A stretch of DNA of 64,000 nt, taken from Eledone cirrhosa. Lineage: Eukaryota. This document shows, piece after piece, positions 27,896 to 39,600 of the stretch. The stretch's first letter is position 1; the number at the start of each line of letters is the position of its first letter. Location: contig OZ024745.1 of the NCBI GenBank assembly GCA_964016885.1, positions 68,882,001-68,946,000 on the forward strand, written 5' to 3'. The translations under genes were made by a program, and so were the position numbers. Under the pieces are notes generated by a model. It was not told the DNA's origin and searched no databases. It was given only the letters and a program-made list of their open reading frames with translations.

Positions 27896-28283
27896 GGTGG
27901 ATTGGCAGTATCGGTAGAGGGTCGGACGCCATGCTTTGACGCATAGTTACAGCCCTTGCCATTCTGAGTTCAAATCCTGCCGAGGTTAACTTTGCCTTTC
28001 ATCCTTACAGGGTCGATAAAATAAAGTACCAGTAATGCACTGGGTAATTGCTGGCCTTGTGCCAAAAGTTGAAACAATTATTATTTAACATCCACAATGG
28101 TTGTGGATTGGCAGTATCGGTAGAGGGTCAGACGCCATGCTTTGACGCATAGTTACGGCCCTTGCCATTCCGAGTTCAAATCCCACCGAGGTTAACTTTG
28201 CCTTTCATCCTTACGGGGTCGATAAAATAAAGTACCAGTAATGTACTGGGTAATTTACTGGTGTTGTGCCAAAAGTAGAAACA
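27896..28283 (+). mobile_element. Two tandem SINE family A copies (~27896-28076, ~28099-28283)
   Basis: Two full heads and cores. ATTATTTAACATC is duplicated around the second copy. Confidence 0.9.
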
Positions 28284-28551
28284 ATTATTTAACATCAACT
28301 TTTCCATGCTAACATAAGTTGGATAGGTGATCACAGACCAAGTGAGCACTCAGTCAGAGCCACAGTCCTTACAGATGAGCCATGAGCCAGTGCAATATAT
28401 CTCTCTTATCTATATCCTTACACCTTTACTATAACTGCAAAAATCCATCATGTTTAACTTCCATATTTCACGCTAGCATGAGTTAGACGAGTTTGTACCA
28501 TTTAGAGGCAAGCTTGGTTGGGTGACCATGCCTCGTTCATATAGGACTGTT

Positions 28552-28585
<34 letters not shown>

Positions 28586-28591
28586 AAGAGA

Positions 28592-28722
28592 TAGAACACT
28601 GGAAGGTAATATCCGTAGAGCACTCACTCCATGGGACAAGTTTAGTAGTAACATAACAGTTAGTTCACCATACCGAGAACAATCCTTGTGCACTAACTGT
28701 TGTGCTACTAACCCCCGTGTGT
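28592..28722. mobile_element. Short fold-back + tail element between TA/GA microsatellites
   Basis: TTAGTAGTAACATAACAGTTAGTTCAC versus the reverse complement of GTGCACTAACTGTTGTGCTACTAA. Confidence 0.4.
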
Positions 28723-28723
28723 G

Positions 28724-28754
<31 letters not shown>

Positions 28755-29339
28755 GAGAGAGAAACCCTTGCAAGCATGGAAAAACAAATTGAAAATGCTG
28801 GACTTCTGCATTTTCCATTAAAAAAATTCCTGTCTCAAAGCAAGGACAATCTGAAGAAAAGAGACTTGCCCTTGTTGCTGCACAGTGAGACTAAACCATG
28901 TGATTATGAAGAAATCTCTATCTCCTTTTGTTTCATTGTTTTATTTATAATATTGAATAAAATATGATTTTCTTTTCTTCACGTACAAGTTATAACATCA
29001 TATAATTTTGTGATGTCCTTGTGTCCAGGTTTTGTAGTGTCCGTTAATATGCTTCTTCTTCACCCACTTATTCCTGGGAGTGTCATGGTAGTAAAGTCTT
29101 CAAGTACTCCTTCCAGTACGTATTATCAGATGCAACAATCTCCAATTGATCCAGCTGGTTCCCCAAGCAAGATGAGATGAGTTCATCATCATCATCATCA
29201 TCATTTAACGTCCATCTTCCACGCTTGCATGGGTTTGGACGGGAATTTTCCCACTTGAGGCAAGATTGGTTGACTTGCTCATATAGGACTGTCAGCCGTA
29301 GAAAACCCGCCAGACAGTCCTATACGAGCAAGTCAACCA

Positions 29340-29560
29340 ATAGTTCATCTATTCTATCCAAACATGTTGCTTGTAGTCTACTTCTGGGTCTCCTGCCAGT
29401 TGGTTTTGCCTGTAAAATCTGTCCAGCTATTCTTTCCAGTGACATTCTAACCATATGTCTGTAATATTGGAGCTATAAACTCTCAATTTGGAGAAGTAAA
29501 AGCTTTACCTGGAGTGACTCTTTGATCTCTGAGCTATGCACTCTATCAAGTAATGTTATT
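29340..29560 (-). mobile_element. RTE LINE C-terminal fragment
   Basis: Minus strand has a QILQAKPTGRRPRSRLQATCLDRI-like motif, similar to 30950-31130. Confidence 0.7.
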
Positions 29561-30829
29561 CAGTTAATAAACAACAAGCAATATTCATAGGAGACACTTG
29601 CCTAAGGTGCCATGCAGTGAGACTAAACCAGGGAACACATGGTTGCAAAAGAAACTTCTTAACCACACAGCTATGCTTGCATAGCTATCATCACAGACAA
29701 CCACTTAAATTTGGATCTTCTTTGTTTTTCTAACTTTGAAACTTACTTGGCACTGTTCCCATTTATTGCAACTATGAAAACCATATAAAAGTATTACGGA
29801 AGAATACTAGAACAGGATTGCAAAATTTGGCTACAAGTAGTGGATTACACTAATTTTCATAATTTAAATTCTAATTATTTAATTAGAGTTACTTGCTACA
29901 TTAATCCTTTTAATTCCAAAGCACCTGGAATCAGCCTTGGTTCTCTGACATAAAACTGATTGTTTTAATGTGCTTATATTTATCTAAGAACCTTTTATCA
30001 GAATTTTATGTAAGATTCTTTATTAAATTAAGCTCCAAACACCAGCTGAATTCTGAGAAATTTAGTTATATCATAGAATACCATCAAAATCTGTATTATT
30101 TTAAATTATATTGAATTTTTGTTTAAACACATTTGGCCATCTTTTGTAATATGTAGACAGGACATAAACAATAAAATTGCCATTTTTCTGTAAGTCAAGC
30201 ATCCATATGTAGTTGCTAAAAAGGTCAGACTCAGGAATACTAGTTAATAGCACTGTTTGTTTTTTATCTTTTTTTCTTTATGTAGGTTATAATATTTGCT
30301 TTAATAATAAAGAATTCACAATTTACATATGCTGATCAATTAGGTACCATTCATTTTCATTTTAGCCATCATTTTATTATTCAATTTACATTTTCATTTT
30401 ATTCATTAATTTTGATACATCTGGTAGTATTTGATGATAATGAGCAAAAATAATTGATAAATATAAACAAACAAACATGTTAAAACATTGTTCTATATTA
30501 TCTAATCTCTTTACCAACCATGTACTGACAATTGATTTACAGAGAATGTCAGAAAAAGTTCACATTGTGTATACCAATTATGAAAAATCGCCAACCTTTT
30601 TTTTTTTCCGGTGCCAAAAATGTAACTTTTTCTATGATCGCAATTCCATTCATGATTTATCACCTTATTGACTCCAATGTGTACATATACACAATAAATG
30701 CAGTGAATTGGACGAGTTATTTTCATTGTCTTCAAAGGAGATCTATTGTTAATGAGTACATATCAATGAATAATCAGTACATGTGTGTAAGTGTAAATGT
30801 GTGTATGTGTGTATGTGTGTATTTTCTTC

Positions 30830-31817
30830 TTTGTCCAGTTATTCTTGAGAGGGTCATGGAAGCAGAGTCTTCAAACACACCTTCCAGTGGGTTCTGTTAG
30901 AAGCAACCATCTCCAATTGATTTGGCTGGATTCCCAAGCCAGACGAGCCAAGCTCATGGATGTTATCCAACCATCTTCCTTGGGGTCTACTCTTGAGTTT
31001 CCTGCCAGTTGGTAAAATTTGTCCACCAATTCTTTGCTGTGACATTCTAACCACATGCCTGTAATATCAGAGCTGTGATCTCTCAATTTGGAAAATCAAT
31101 GGCTCTAAATGGAACTACTCCTTGATCACCAAGCTGTACACTGTTGAGTAATGTTACATCAAAGACCCGTCAAAGTGTCACCATTTTGGCTGCTTGTGTT
31201 CACGATTGTATTCTTTTTGTAATATGGTTGGCACAAATACTGAATTAAAGATAGCGAATTTGGTTTTTACACCTACCTCCCTTCATGTGATTACCAAATG
31301 CTAAAGGAGGCACATAACTGCACCAGCGCCTGCAATTCTTGTACTTAATTCAGCCTCCTACCTTCCATAAATCGTAAACATGGCCCCAAGATACTTGAAC
31401 TTCCCTACATATAGAGTGCACTTCACTGGCTTTCTTGAGAGGATGACTCAGTCTTTGCAGCACTGATTTTCATTCCAGCAGTGATTTTCATTGGCATCAT
31501 AGAGGCACATGGCTTAGTGGTTAGAGCATTGGCCTTGCAATCGAAAGGTTATGAGTTCAATTCTCAGACCGGGTGATGTGTCTTTGAGCAAGACACTTTA
31601 TTTCACATTGCTCCAGTTTACTCAGCTGTAGAAATGAGATGATAGGGACTGGGGTCCATATCATTCCACTGCAAAGTGGTTGTGGAGGTGCCATGGCAAA
31701 AAAGCACCCACCACTCACTGTAAATGAGGTTGGTGTTAGGAAGGGCATCCAGCTGTAGAAATCAAGCCAGAATCAGTTCGTGTCTCACCCTTGCAAGCAG
31801 GGAAAAGCGGACGTAAA

Positions 31818-31849
<32 letters not shown>

Positions 31850-32330
31850 CATGTGCATGTTGGAGATTATCTTCTGAGAAGTTAAGTAATATGATGTCAT
31901 CTGCAAATTCCAGCCAACTTATATTCCACTGGCCAGTCGTGATACCACTTCCAATCCAGCAGTGCATGTCAATCTTAGATTGAATGGTTTCAATTTAGCA
32001 CCATTTATCCAAACACAAATACTCGGACATTCATATAGAGACATCAGGGCAACAAGAAGCTAACCATTGATCCCATACCCATGCTGAATCTTCCACTGCA
32101 GGCTCGATGGAACATGGTCATATGCCTTTTCGGGGTCTACAAAGCAAGGATACACCTCTTGGCAGTATTCCTACGATTTCTCAAAAACTGGCTGCCATGT
32201 AAATATTTAGTTGGCTGTGCTGCATCAAAGGCGAAATGAGAATCATACAGTTCATCAGCTATCTTGGACTTAACAATCTCCCTACATCTCTTTGCCAGAC
32301 ACTTAGCAGACTTTACCAGGGAAGTTAAAC
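30830..32330 (-). mobile_element. RTE-clade LINE fragment(s), same family as 2393-2820, interrupted by a SINE
   Basis: LEFADDIILL, VGKFKYLG and C-terminal RPQGRWLDNIHELG motifs on the minus strand. Confidence 0.85.
31502..31849 (+). mobile_element. SINE family B, tail type 1, inserted into an RTE LINE fragment
   Basis: Highly similar to 11148-11490 and interrupts the RT coding remnant. Confidence 0.9.
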
Positions 32331-32932
32331 AAGGAGATCCCATAAACACGTGTGTGTGTGTGTGTGTAAAGATGTAGTGTCCAATGACTGAGCTCACACC
32401 CTTTTAACAGTGAGTGGATAACTGGATTATTTCTTCAGTTTCAGCTATTTCCTCAGAGGAGGGGGGGGGGCAGGGATGAGTTGGGTAAGTAGAGAAAAGG
32501 GTGAAGTTTGGGGAGGAGGGGAAAAATTACAGAGTGAACGATGGGAGGCGGGGACTGCTTTGATGACCAATAGTCTCATAGTTATGAAATGTCTGTTTCA
32601 ATGTCTGTGAGCGCAGGTGCAATGCCTGGTACTTTTGATTTATGTATTATCTATTGCATCTCAGTCATGTGTATGTGTGTGTGACACAGCTGTGTGGTGG
32701 CTAAGTGTCTTTTTCAGGGTCAATGTTTACATTCACCTAAATTCTGACAAGGATACCTAAGCACAACACAGCCTTGGCATATGGTCTTAATACTCTAAAC
32801 TGTTAAATCCCACATGCTCTCTCTCTCTCACTATATATATGAGAATCTTGATGATGTACAGATATATATATATACACACACACATACATGTGTCTGTGTG
32901 TATGTGTGTATGTATGTATGTATGCATGTATG

Positions 32933-32969
<37 letters not shown>

Positions 32970-33046
32970 CATTTCCAAATATTGAGTACTTAGCTGAACA
33001 TTTATCTTACTATTTTATACTGGCGACGCCTAATCTACATATATAT

Positions 33047-33108
<62 letters not shown>

Positions 33109-33504
33109 ATCTGTATGTGTGTGGGTTGATGTCGTTTATATTCTGTCTACAAAACAATTGCTGTCATATAACGACATGAGGTAATTATAGACAGATATTC
33201 AATGTGAATAAGAAACAAGACGAGAGGTAACAAGCCAACTGATCCAAAGACAATGCATTTTTACAATGCTTATTTACAAACTATTTTCACCATCAACAAC
33301 TTACCTGTTAAACACTGATTTACCTCAGAATCTTTTTTTAATTTTGTTTGTACTGATCGAAATATTTGATGCCTTCCTTTTCACCTCTACTTTCAATATT
33401 ATTCTGTTTCTTTTATTATTATTATTATTATTATAACTGTTAGGTTTACTATTTGTAGCAGTTTAGTAGTTATTAATATTATTACAGCTATAATTACTAT
33501 TATT

Positions 33505-33956
33505 ACTTCTATTTATACTGTCATTGCATTAGCAAGCATAGCACTGTGCACCTTAGGTATGTGCAGTATTGTTTTTGAAGATGTTTCTTTTGAATAGAAA
33601 CTACTCTTTGTAACGTGTGTGCAATATCTAGTAATGTTATTTTCTGTATGTAGTATATATAATAGCAAGTCCTGGGGGTTTTGGTTATGTATCTGTCTGG
33701 GATAGGCCAATACACACAGACAAGGAGATCAAAGCCGATCAACAAGATATTGTAGTCAAAAACCACAAAGAAAAGAAATTCTTTCTAACTGACATATCAG
33801 TCCCAACAGACAACAAAATATATATCAAAGAAATGGAGAAATTATCCAAATATGAAAATCTGGAGATAGAAATAACAGAAATAATCCCTATAATTATAGG
33901 TGCTCTGGGAATTAAGAAAATATACAGAGAAAGATATATTACCAAACCCACAGGAT
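33505..33956. mobile_element. R4/Dong-clade LINE restriction-like endonuclease fragment with internal inversion
   Basis: Plus strand 33698-33956 reads WDRPIHTDKEIKA..DIVV..DISVPTD..KEMEKLSKYENLEIEI..PIIIGALG. Minus strand 33505-33698 reads IQKITLLDIAHTLQRVVS. (ATT)n flanks. Confidence 0.8.
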
Positions 33957-33982
33957 TATTACCATTACTATTATTATTATTT

Positions 33983-34165
33983 GGATTGGCAGTATCGGTA
34001 GAGAGTCGGACGCCATGCTTTCCAGTATAGTTACATCCCTTTACGGTCTGAGTTCAAATCCCGTCGAGGTTAACTTTGCCTTTCATCCTTACGGGGTCGA
34101 TAAAATAAAGTACCAGTAATGTACTGGGTAATTGCTGGCCTTGTGCCAAATGTAGAAACAATTAT
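33983..34165 (+). mobile_element. SINE family A, short subfamily, in an (ATT)n tract
   Basis: Full head, core and tail match. Confidence 0.88.
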
Positions 34166-34689
34166 TAGTTTTTACCATTATTTCTACTATCATTTAGCAA
34201 TTGGAAAGACCAATGGAAACATTGCTTCCTCGGTCCGATTTGACGAAAGTCGATCGACTGTCTACTATCATAATTATTGTTATTACTATTTATTACTGTT
34301 ATATTTTCTATTATACAGGGCAGTCAGGAACCATTATTATTGTAGCAACTGTCTTACTTTCATGGATTGTCTCCTGTTTACTGAATGTACAGTCCATTTT
34401 GTGTAGTTTTTCTTCCATGTGTTGTGCCTCAATGGCCACAAGAACCCGAGTCATTGGGTTCTTGTGGCCAATAAAAGAAATCATTATGATCATTTTTTTT
34501 TCTTTACTTCAATTCTAAGGACATTTTAACTTTTACTACCTTATAATGTTTTAGCAGAAAACATCTAAATACAAGTGTATTAATACAAATGTTTATAGAA
34601 TCATTGTTGGCAACAGATCATTGTGAAAATTTGCAGTAATGGCTGTGAATGCCCGTTACTTAATGATTGTGTTGGACCCACAACTTTTA

Positions 34690-34870
34690 GGTCACAAGTT
34701 CAATTTCCAAGCCAGTCAGTGTGTTGTATCCTTGAGCTAGACACTGTATTTCACATTGCTTCAGTCTACTCAGCTGGAAAAAAATATTTGTGATGACACA
34801 GGTGCCAAGCTGTGTCAGCCTTTGCATTTCATTGGGCAACATCAGCAGTGTGGTGAGGGGTGACTGGCAT
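34690..34870 (+). mobile_element. SINE family B, tail type 3, partial
   Basis: GTGTGTTGTATCCTTGAGCTAGACACTGTATTTCACATTGCTTCAG core followed by GGTGCCAAGCTGTGTCAGCCTTTGC. Confidence 0.65.
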
Positions 34871-34889
34871 GCATATTTTACTATATAGC

Positions 34890-35090
34890 AGAGAATTGTT
34901 AGTATCGGTAGAGCATCAGACAACATGCTTTGTGGCATTCTGAATTCAAATTCAAAATCCTGAATTCTGAATTCAAATCCTACCAAGGTTAGCTTCCTCT
35001 TTCATCTTTATGGGTTCAATAAAATAAGATACCTGTAACACACTGAGATTGATTTAATTGACTTTCTCTTTCCCTTCAAATGAAACAATT
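34890..35090 (+). mobile_element. SINE family A, long subfamily, with internal B-box duplication
   Basis: TCTGAATTCAAA is repeated and the core is recognisable. Confidence 0.7.
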
Positions 35091-35564
35091 ATTTTACAAG
35101 ATTGCAAAGATATACCAGTGGACATGTACCACCAATAATGATGACAATAGTGTTGAACCTATTAAATTTTTGTAGTTCAGGATATAGTATGCAATAGATA
35201 TCAAGTTTACTGTACATATGAACAGTCATGCAAACTGGGAAAATTGTGTTTTGATAAATTGATGGTTTGCATAAGAAAAACCTTACAGTTTATTTAAATA
35301 ACTTAAACAAGGAAGTGATTAAAGATAAGAATGATATTTTGATAAGTTGTTTTTAGGGTATAATTACATAAATCTTCAGCATATATGTATAAATGACAAA
35401 CAGAATTAAATGTAAGAGTAACTATTAACAGCGACAAATGTAGGATTAGAACCCAAGTACTTATATTTGGAAAGAGAAATTCTTATTTCAACATCATGAC
35501 TGAGTTAGGAAATGCAGGTTATGTTTGAGAGTATAAATCATAAAGAGTTACAGATATATCACAC

Positions 35565-35633
<69 letters not shown>

Positions 35634-36218
35634 GACACATGGTGCATTATTGTTGATATAGGAAAGACAACAACAAAAACACAGTAAACATTGCCCAAAT
35701 ACACTCAACATCAACAACAAATTTCATATATGTATGTTGTATAAATACATATATGTATTTTGATTATAAAATATATACATGTATGTATTTTATACTTTAT
35801 ATTGTCTTTATTGAGGAAATAACTTTCAAAGCTGGAACTCTTTCATGTTTTTTGTCATGAATTTATTATTAAAAAAAAAAGAAATAAATCAATATTATTA
35901 TTATTATTACTGTTATTATAATTATCATCACCATCATCATTGTTACTGTTATTATTGAACAGATATTTATTTATTTATTGTTTTGCTTTGCTTTAATCAG
36001 AAGATTTTTGTATAAACATGGCTAATTTGATTATCATTAAAACAAGACCAAAACATCGACAGTTTTAAGATATTTTTTCTTAACCTGTTTTTTCTTTAGC
36101 TTTAGGTGAAATATTCCAATCGATAAAAATGTTAAGAATCATACCCCACCTTTTTTCATTACAATATCGGTTTATAAATTAAAGCGATTGTTTAAAAAAA
36201 ATAACGGAATTAGCTGTA

Positions 36219-36452
36219 ATATGTATATATATACATATATATATACACACATATATACATACACATATATATATCTATATACATATACACATACATATAT
36301 ATACATACATGTATATACATACATGTATATACATACATATACATTCACACACATATATATATTCACACACACATATATATCTAGATATATACATACATAT
36401 ACATATATATACACACACACATATATATGTACATCTAGATGTATACACACAC

Positions 36453-36486
<34 letters not shown>

Positions 36487-36525
36487 CTAAATATATACAC
36501 ACACACACATATATATATACATATA

Positions 36526-36584
<59 letters not shown>

Positions 36585-36588
36585 GCAT
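36219..36588. repeat. Compound TA/CA microsatellite
   Basis: Direct reading. Confidence 0.95.
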
Positions 36589-36589
36589 A

Positions 36590-36845
36590 TGAAAATCGGA
36601 GACATTTAGCAGCTTCTACCCCGGTCGGCCGCCCTCAAGTGACCGACCGGGGTAGAAGCTGCTAAATGTTCGGCCGCCCTCATGTCTCTGATTTTCAGCC
36701 CCATGGATTTTGTCTATTATATTCCTTTGTTAAATTTCGAATACCTGATGATGTCACCAGATTCATACTGAACCCGGTCATTGAAATGATCATAGTATAA
36801 TAAACCTTTTAAGGAATTACACCAGTCCAGCCTCCTGTTATATTA
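36590..36845 (+). mobile_element. Fold-back + tail element followed by a hammerhead-bearing segment (PLE-like)
   Basis: Arms TGAAAATCGGAGACATTTAGCAGCTTCTACCCCGGTCGG and its complement at 36642-36697. Lies at the edge of a TA/CA microsatellite. Confidence 0.55.
36741..36798 (+). ncRNA. Minimal type-I hammerhead motif with palindromic stem III (UGAUCA); stem II partly decayed
   Basis: AUAC-CUGAUGA-[UGUCACCAGAUUCA UAC UGAACCCGGUCAUU]-GAAA-UGAUCA-UA-GUAU, followed directly by AATAAA. Confidence 0.65.
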
Positions 36846-37499
36846 TAATAATTAACTCCGTACTCTCACCACCAACTACACAAACGAAGACGGGTGAGTT
36901 GCATTACGTTGAGTGCTCGCCATAATATTACATCGAGGTTGACCACACGGAATGATCAGTTCTATCCAGTGGTGAACCAACAAACCTAAATATATCTACA
37001 TATATTTTTATACAGCAGGATGCCCTTTCTAATGCCAATCACTTTACAAGGTATACTGGATACATTTTTCTCTACCCATAGCTCTAGAGAGCTTGTCAAT
37101 CATTGACTTGATTGAAGAGCTTTTCTTAGCCTATGAAGTAGGAGGATAAGAAGGGTGACAAAGGGTGGGTGAGAAGGAACGGTGACGCGTATGATGTTAT
37201 GAATGTGAAGGTGGTGATGCTAGGGAGTAAGAAGTAAGAAATGTGTCATGAGTATATGACAATTGTGGTGGGCTTTGGTTAAGAGTGAGAGAGGTAAGAG
37301 GTGGAGATGATCTCTGATACAAAGGGGGGGGGGGTATGGTGATGATAAAGATCTGTGCGGTAGAGAAGTGGGGTTGAAGGTGACGCAGGATAGAATAAGG
37401 GTACAGTAATGGTAGGAATAGTTACTAAGGTGCAATGATGGAGGAGGGGTAACAGGGTTAAGTCATTTTCTTATACTAATAGACAAATTTACTCCCGTA

Positions 37500-37980
37500 T
37501 TGCATGTCGCTAGTTGTCACAGACAGTCCTTTGTCATCTCTGCCACGAGTTTCAACGTCCAAAGTTTGGTTTTTACGACATCATTCCACATCAACCTTGG
37601 TTTACTTCTCCCATCTTTCTTGGTCTCCACCTTCCATAGATCTCATCCAATAAGATTTCTCTTCACTTCTATATAGAGCTGTCATCTTACGTATGCATCA
37701 CATGACCATACCAATGGAGTCACTTATGATACATTATTCACGTACATTAACATTACACATTCATCAAAACAAACACTTCATTTCTTATGTATACCATGCA
37801 ACCACGCCAGCATGGAAAGCCAGACACACCCCAAATCTATTGCCATATGTCATTCACTTTCCTTAGGGTGATACCGCCTTTACACCATCAGCTAGCAACA
37901 TGTAACCAATCACCTGCTTTCATACCCCCACTCTCTATTACTGTCCTCTCAACCTGGCCAAGGACACGAGCACCTTAGTG
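37500..37980 (-). mobile_element. RTE-type LINE 3' fragment
   Basis: Reverse strand has a WYGHVMHT and W.DVVK pattern, related to 19975-20300. Confidence 0.55.
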
Positions 37981-38518
37981 TTCAAAAGTGTGAAAAGTGG
38001 TAGTGCTGGTTCCATGATAAAATGCACCCAGCTCTCAATTACTAAAAGCAGCTGTCACAATAAAGCAGACCCGGTACATGGTTGGCATTTAGAAGGGCAT
38101 TCAGCCATTGAAACCATGCCAGAATGGAATATTTGAGAGACATGCGCTAATCTGACCTGTTTAACGTAAGAAGATGACAACCCGTCTAACCTATGCAAGC
38201 ATGGTAAAATAAATTAAAACGACGATAATGATACATACATACATAATTACCACCGTTTTAGTTTTATATAACACAAACATAAACACAGAAACGATGATAT
38301 TATCTAGACACATAATAGTGAAAATAGTGAATATAGATTAAATAAGCTCAGTGTTTTAAAATATGGAAATTTTTGTTGTTGTTAGAAAATATAACTAGAA
38401 AAATAAACATAACATAAATAAAGGAAAATAAACACAAAATAAAACATGTCAAAGTTTGTTTGCATCGAACTTATATATAAAAGTTATTGGTGCATCTTGT
38501 GGAGCAGTGAATACTTAC

Positions 38519-38727
38519 AAATTACTGGAGACGTCATCAAAAGCAGATAAATAGGAAGTTGAGTAATTTGAGTAAGATGAAATATGTGTAGGGTGTTCGA
38601 ATCCTTCACCAGCGATCACTTCAGAGGCCCTCCTCGCTGCTATTGAAGCTCGTCTGTTACTGAGAGCATTGCTTGCAGGTCCTGCAGTAGATGCAGCTAA
38701 CTCGGCGAAAAATCTTACGGACGTCAT
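38519..38727 (-). CDS. Putative first coding exon of an unidentified host gene (MTSVRFFAELAASTAGPASNALSNRRASIAARRASEVIAGEGFEHPTHISSYSNYSTSYLSAFDDVSSN-L), phase-2 donor
   Basis: Non-repetitive and higher in GC than its flanks. ATG is in a CAAC-ATG context with an in-frame TGA ~60 nt upstream. The frame runs into TT|GTAAGTAT (donor at 38518-38513), so the ORF-track stop lies inside the donor. Two RRAS PKA-type motifs. Protein family not recognised and no downstream exon found. Confidence 0.7.
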
Positions 38728-39600
38728 GTTGACGACGCATATAGTAGAGCCATGTGATAAAGAGATGTGAGACTTGTTGGGGACAGTTCACAGGATTTAG
38801 ACATTAGACGGACGAGGGGAATATTGAAGAGCGAAAGAAAAAATATTTTTTTAAAACCCCAAAAGATAAACGAAAGTAAAAAAAAAAACTTAGAAAAGTC
38901 CAAAAGTGAAGTTAAGCTAAGTAATGATTGAAGTAAACGAAGGGAATATAGCAAGTAATGCTGATGTGTGAGAAGGATAAGAAGAAAAAGCAAGCATATA
39001 AGAGAAAAAAGAAAGAGAGAGTTAGATAATGCGTATGTAAGGGATAAAGTAGAAGAATAATGGAGCACTAAGACTGGACAGGAAAGATGAGAGTATGTGT
39101 GCGTGCATAAGTCGATGTAACGTCGGCTAAATGGAAGAAGTTAATGTATGTAATAAGGCGGTAAGACAGACGATATATCTGCTGCTAGGAAGACGAATGC
39201 ATGAAATAAGGAAAGCGACAAGATTACATTTAAATAGAAAAACAATGTGTTACATATATAGCATATATATAACAAGGGTGCTTGAATAAAAAGGTAGAAA
39301 GAGTTGTGACTACAGAGTTTTCTTGTTACAGTGTGAGAGTGTGTGAGCAGAAAGAAGAAAAAGTTTTGTTTTGTTTCTATTTTGAAGAAATTGTGACAAG
39401 ATAGTATGAAGAGGAAGAAGAACGATGAAAACGAAGTAAAGAAAGAAAAAACAATGAAAAAAGTAAAGGAAGAAAAACTATGAAAGAAGAAAAAGAAGTA
39501 TGAAAGAAGTAAAGGAAGAAAAAGTATGAAAGAAGTAAAGAAAAGGTGAAAGAAGTAAAGGAAGAAGGAAGGAGACTTACGAAGCTGGATGAAATTAAAG
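38728..39600 (-). other. Probable 5' UTR / leader intron region of the minus-strand gene
   Basis: Free of interspersed repeats and strongly pyrimidine-rich on the minus strand. Candidate donor TTC|GTAAGT at 39580-39575 and candidate acceptor TCATCTTTCCTGTCCAG ending at 39074. Confidence 0.35.

Noticed and set aside
31502-31575. tRNA-Cys-like gene
   Set aside because: No proper acceptor stem and it continues into a SINE body, so it is a SINE head.
32740-32808. Hammerhead-like CTGACAA...TAAA-CTG-TT
   Set aside because: Both core boxes are mutated. It may be an old PLE relic but cannot be supported as a ribozyme.
38805-39068. Hydrophobic 114-aa ORF as a membrane protein
   Set aside because: Non-ATG start, and the Leu/Phe/Ser bias reflects a pyrimidine-rich UTR. 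Only its ATG-initiated 3' part is kept, as a uORF.
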